Below, piece by piece: positions 63,106 to 64,000 of a DNA stretch of 64,000 bases. How positions within the stretch are numbered: the stretch's first letter is position 1; each line of letters starts with the position of its first letter. The stretch is from Polyangiales bacterium (GTDB lineage: Bacteria > Myxococcota_A > Polyangia > Polyangiales > Polyangiaceae): contig JBBRLQ010000015.1 in the NCBI GenBank assembly GCA_038231275.1, forward strand, positions 1 through 64,000, given 5' to 3'. The translations under genes were made by a program, and so were the position numbers. Below the pieces are notes generated by a model. The model had not been told where the DNA came from and made no database searches. It saw only the letters and a program-made list of their open reading frames with translations.

Positions 63106-64000
63106 GCACCGTTTCACGCCGCGAATTGTTCGAGCTGGGCGGCGGCCTCGCCATCGCCTTCGCCGTCCCGGTCGGACCCAAAGTCGCGCGCGCGGCCGGT
63201 CCGGCCCCCGGCGCGCCGCCCGCGCTCCCGCCGGCCAACGCGTTCCTGCGCATCGGCACCGACGATTCCGTCATCGTGCTGCTCGCGCACTCGGAGATGG
63301 GCCAGGGCATCTGGACCGGCCTCGCGATGCTCATCGCCGAGGAGCTCGACTGCGACTGGTCGAAGGTGCGCTCCGAGCACGCGCCCGCGGCGGCCGTCTA
63401 CGCGAACCCTCGCATGGGCATGCAGATGACCGGCGGCTCCTCGACCACGCACAGCGAGTTCGACCGCTACCGCACGGTCGGCGCACTCGCGAAGGACATG
63501 CTCCTCCGCGCCGCCGCCGCGCGCTGGAAGACGACGCCCGACAAGCTCACCGCGAAGAACGGCGTCATCACGCTCGGCGCGCAGAAGCTCACCTACGGCC
63601 AAGTCGCCGACGACGCCATGAAGCTCCCGCAGCCCGCGAAGGTGAAGCTCAAGGATCCCAAGGACTGGAAGATCATCGGCACGATGGTCCGGCGCATCGA
63701 CAGCCCCGAGAAGATCACCGGCAAGGCCGTCTTCGGGATGGACGTCCAGTTTGCGGGCCTCCGCACCGCCGTCGTCGCGAGGCCGCCGGCGTTCGGGGCC
63801 AAGCTCCTCACGGTCGACGACAAGGCAGCTCTCGCCGTCCCCGGCGTGGAGAAGGTCGTGCGCACCCTCGATGGCGTGGCGGTCGTCGCGAAGCACTTCT
63901 GGGCGGCAAAACAAGGCCGCGACGCGCTCAAGCTCGGATGGCAGGAGCCCGAAGGCGGCGGCGTCGACACGACCGCGCTCATCGAGCAGTTCCGTGCGCA
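63102..64000 (+). CDS. Molybdopterin-binding subunit, IorB/xanthine dehydrogenase family (partial, runs off the window)
   Basis: ATGA overlap; my translation gives SRRELF (Tat-like), SEMGQG, AEELD, TGGSS, KITGKA. Confidence 0.9.
   Translation, partial: MSTVSRRELFELGGGLAIAFAVPVGPKVARAAGPAPGAPPALPPANAFLRIGTDDSVIVLLAHSEMGQGIWTGLAMLIAEELDCDWSKVRSEHAPAAAVYANPRMGMQMTGGSSTTHSEFDRYRTVGALAKDMLLRAAAARWKTTPDKLTAKNGVITLGAQKLTYGQVADDAMKLPQPAKVKLKDPKDWKIIGTMVRRIDSPEKITGKAVFGMDVQFAGLRTAVVARPPAFGAKLLTVDDKAALAVPGVEKVVRTLDGVAVVAKHFWAAKQGRDALKLGWQEPEGGGVDTTALIEQFRA

Overview
GC-rich window from a myxobacterium, probably Polyangiales/Sorangiineae. The placement is inferred from a MYXO-CTERM protein, Cys-rich lipoproteins with DAG/DAS linkers, TPR Ser/Thr kinases and a TonB-fused receptor. 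It holds about 50 genes: housekeeping genes (purQ, purL, rsmB, rseP, lpxK-like, sthA, udk, hemA, hemC, an E2 acyltransferase), signalling genes (FHA-GGDEF, MshEN-HD-REC-DUF4388, a sigma54 response regulator, two kinases), many secreted lipoproteins, a luxE/luxC pair without luciferase, an AbrB-Doc toxin-antitoxin module and a partial iorAB-type oxidoreductase. The most striking unannotated signal is a candidate minus-strand sRNA of about 170 nt at 41223-41393, with three stem-loops carrying C-rich loops, a U8 tail and a possible sigma54 promoter. Also notable are a 4.8-kb accessory block splitting purQ from purL (it contains a triple palindrome array at 22-bp spacing, a truncated Uma2 nuclease and a 32-bp perfect inverted-repeat element) and two single-base frameshifts. 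I found no rRNA, tRNA, CRISPR array or transposase. Products are assigned by motif recognition only, and some start codons are my own choice within longer ORFs.
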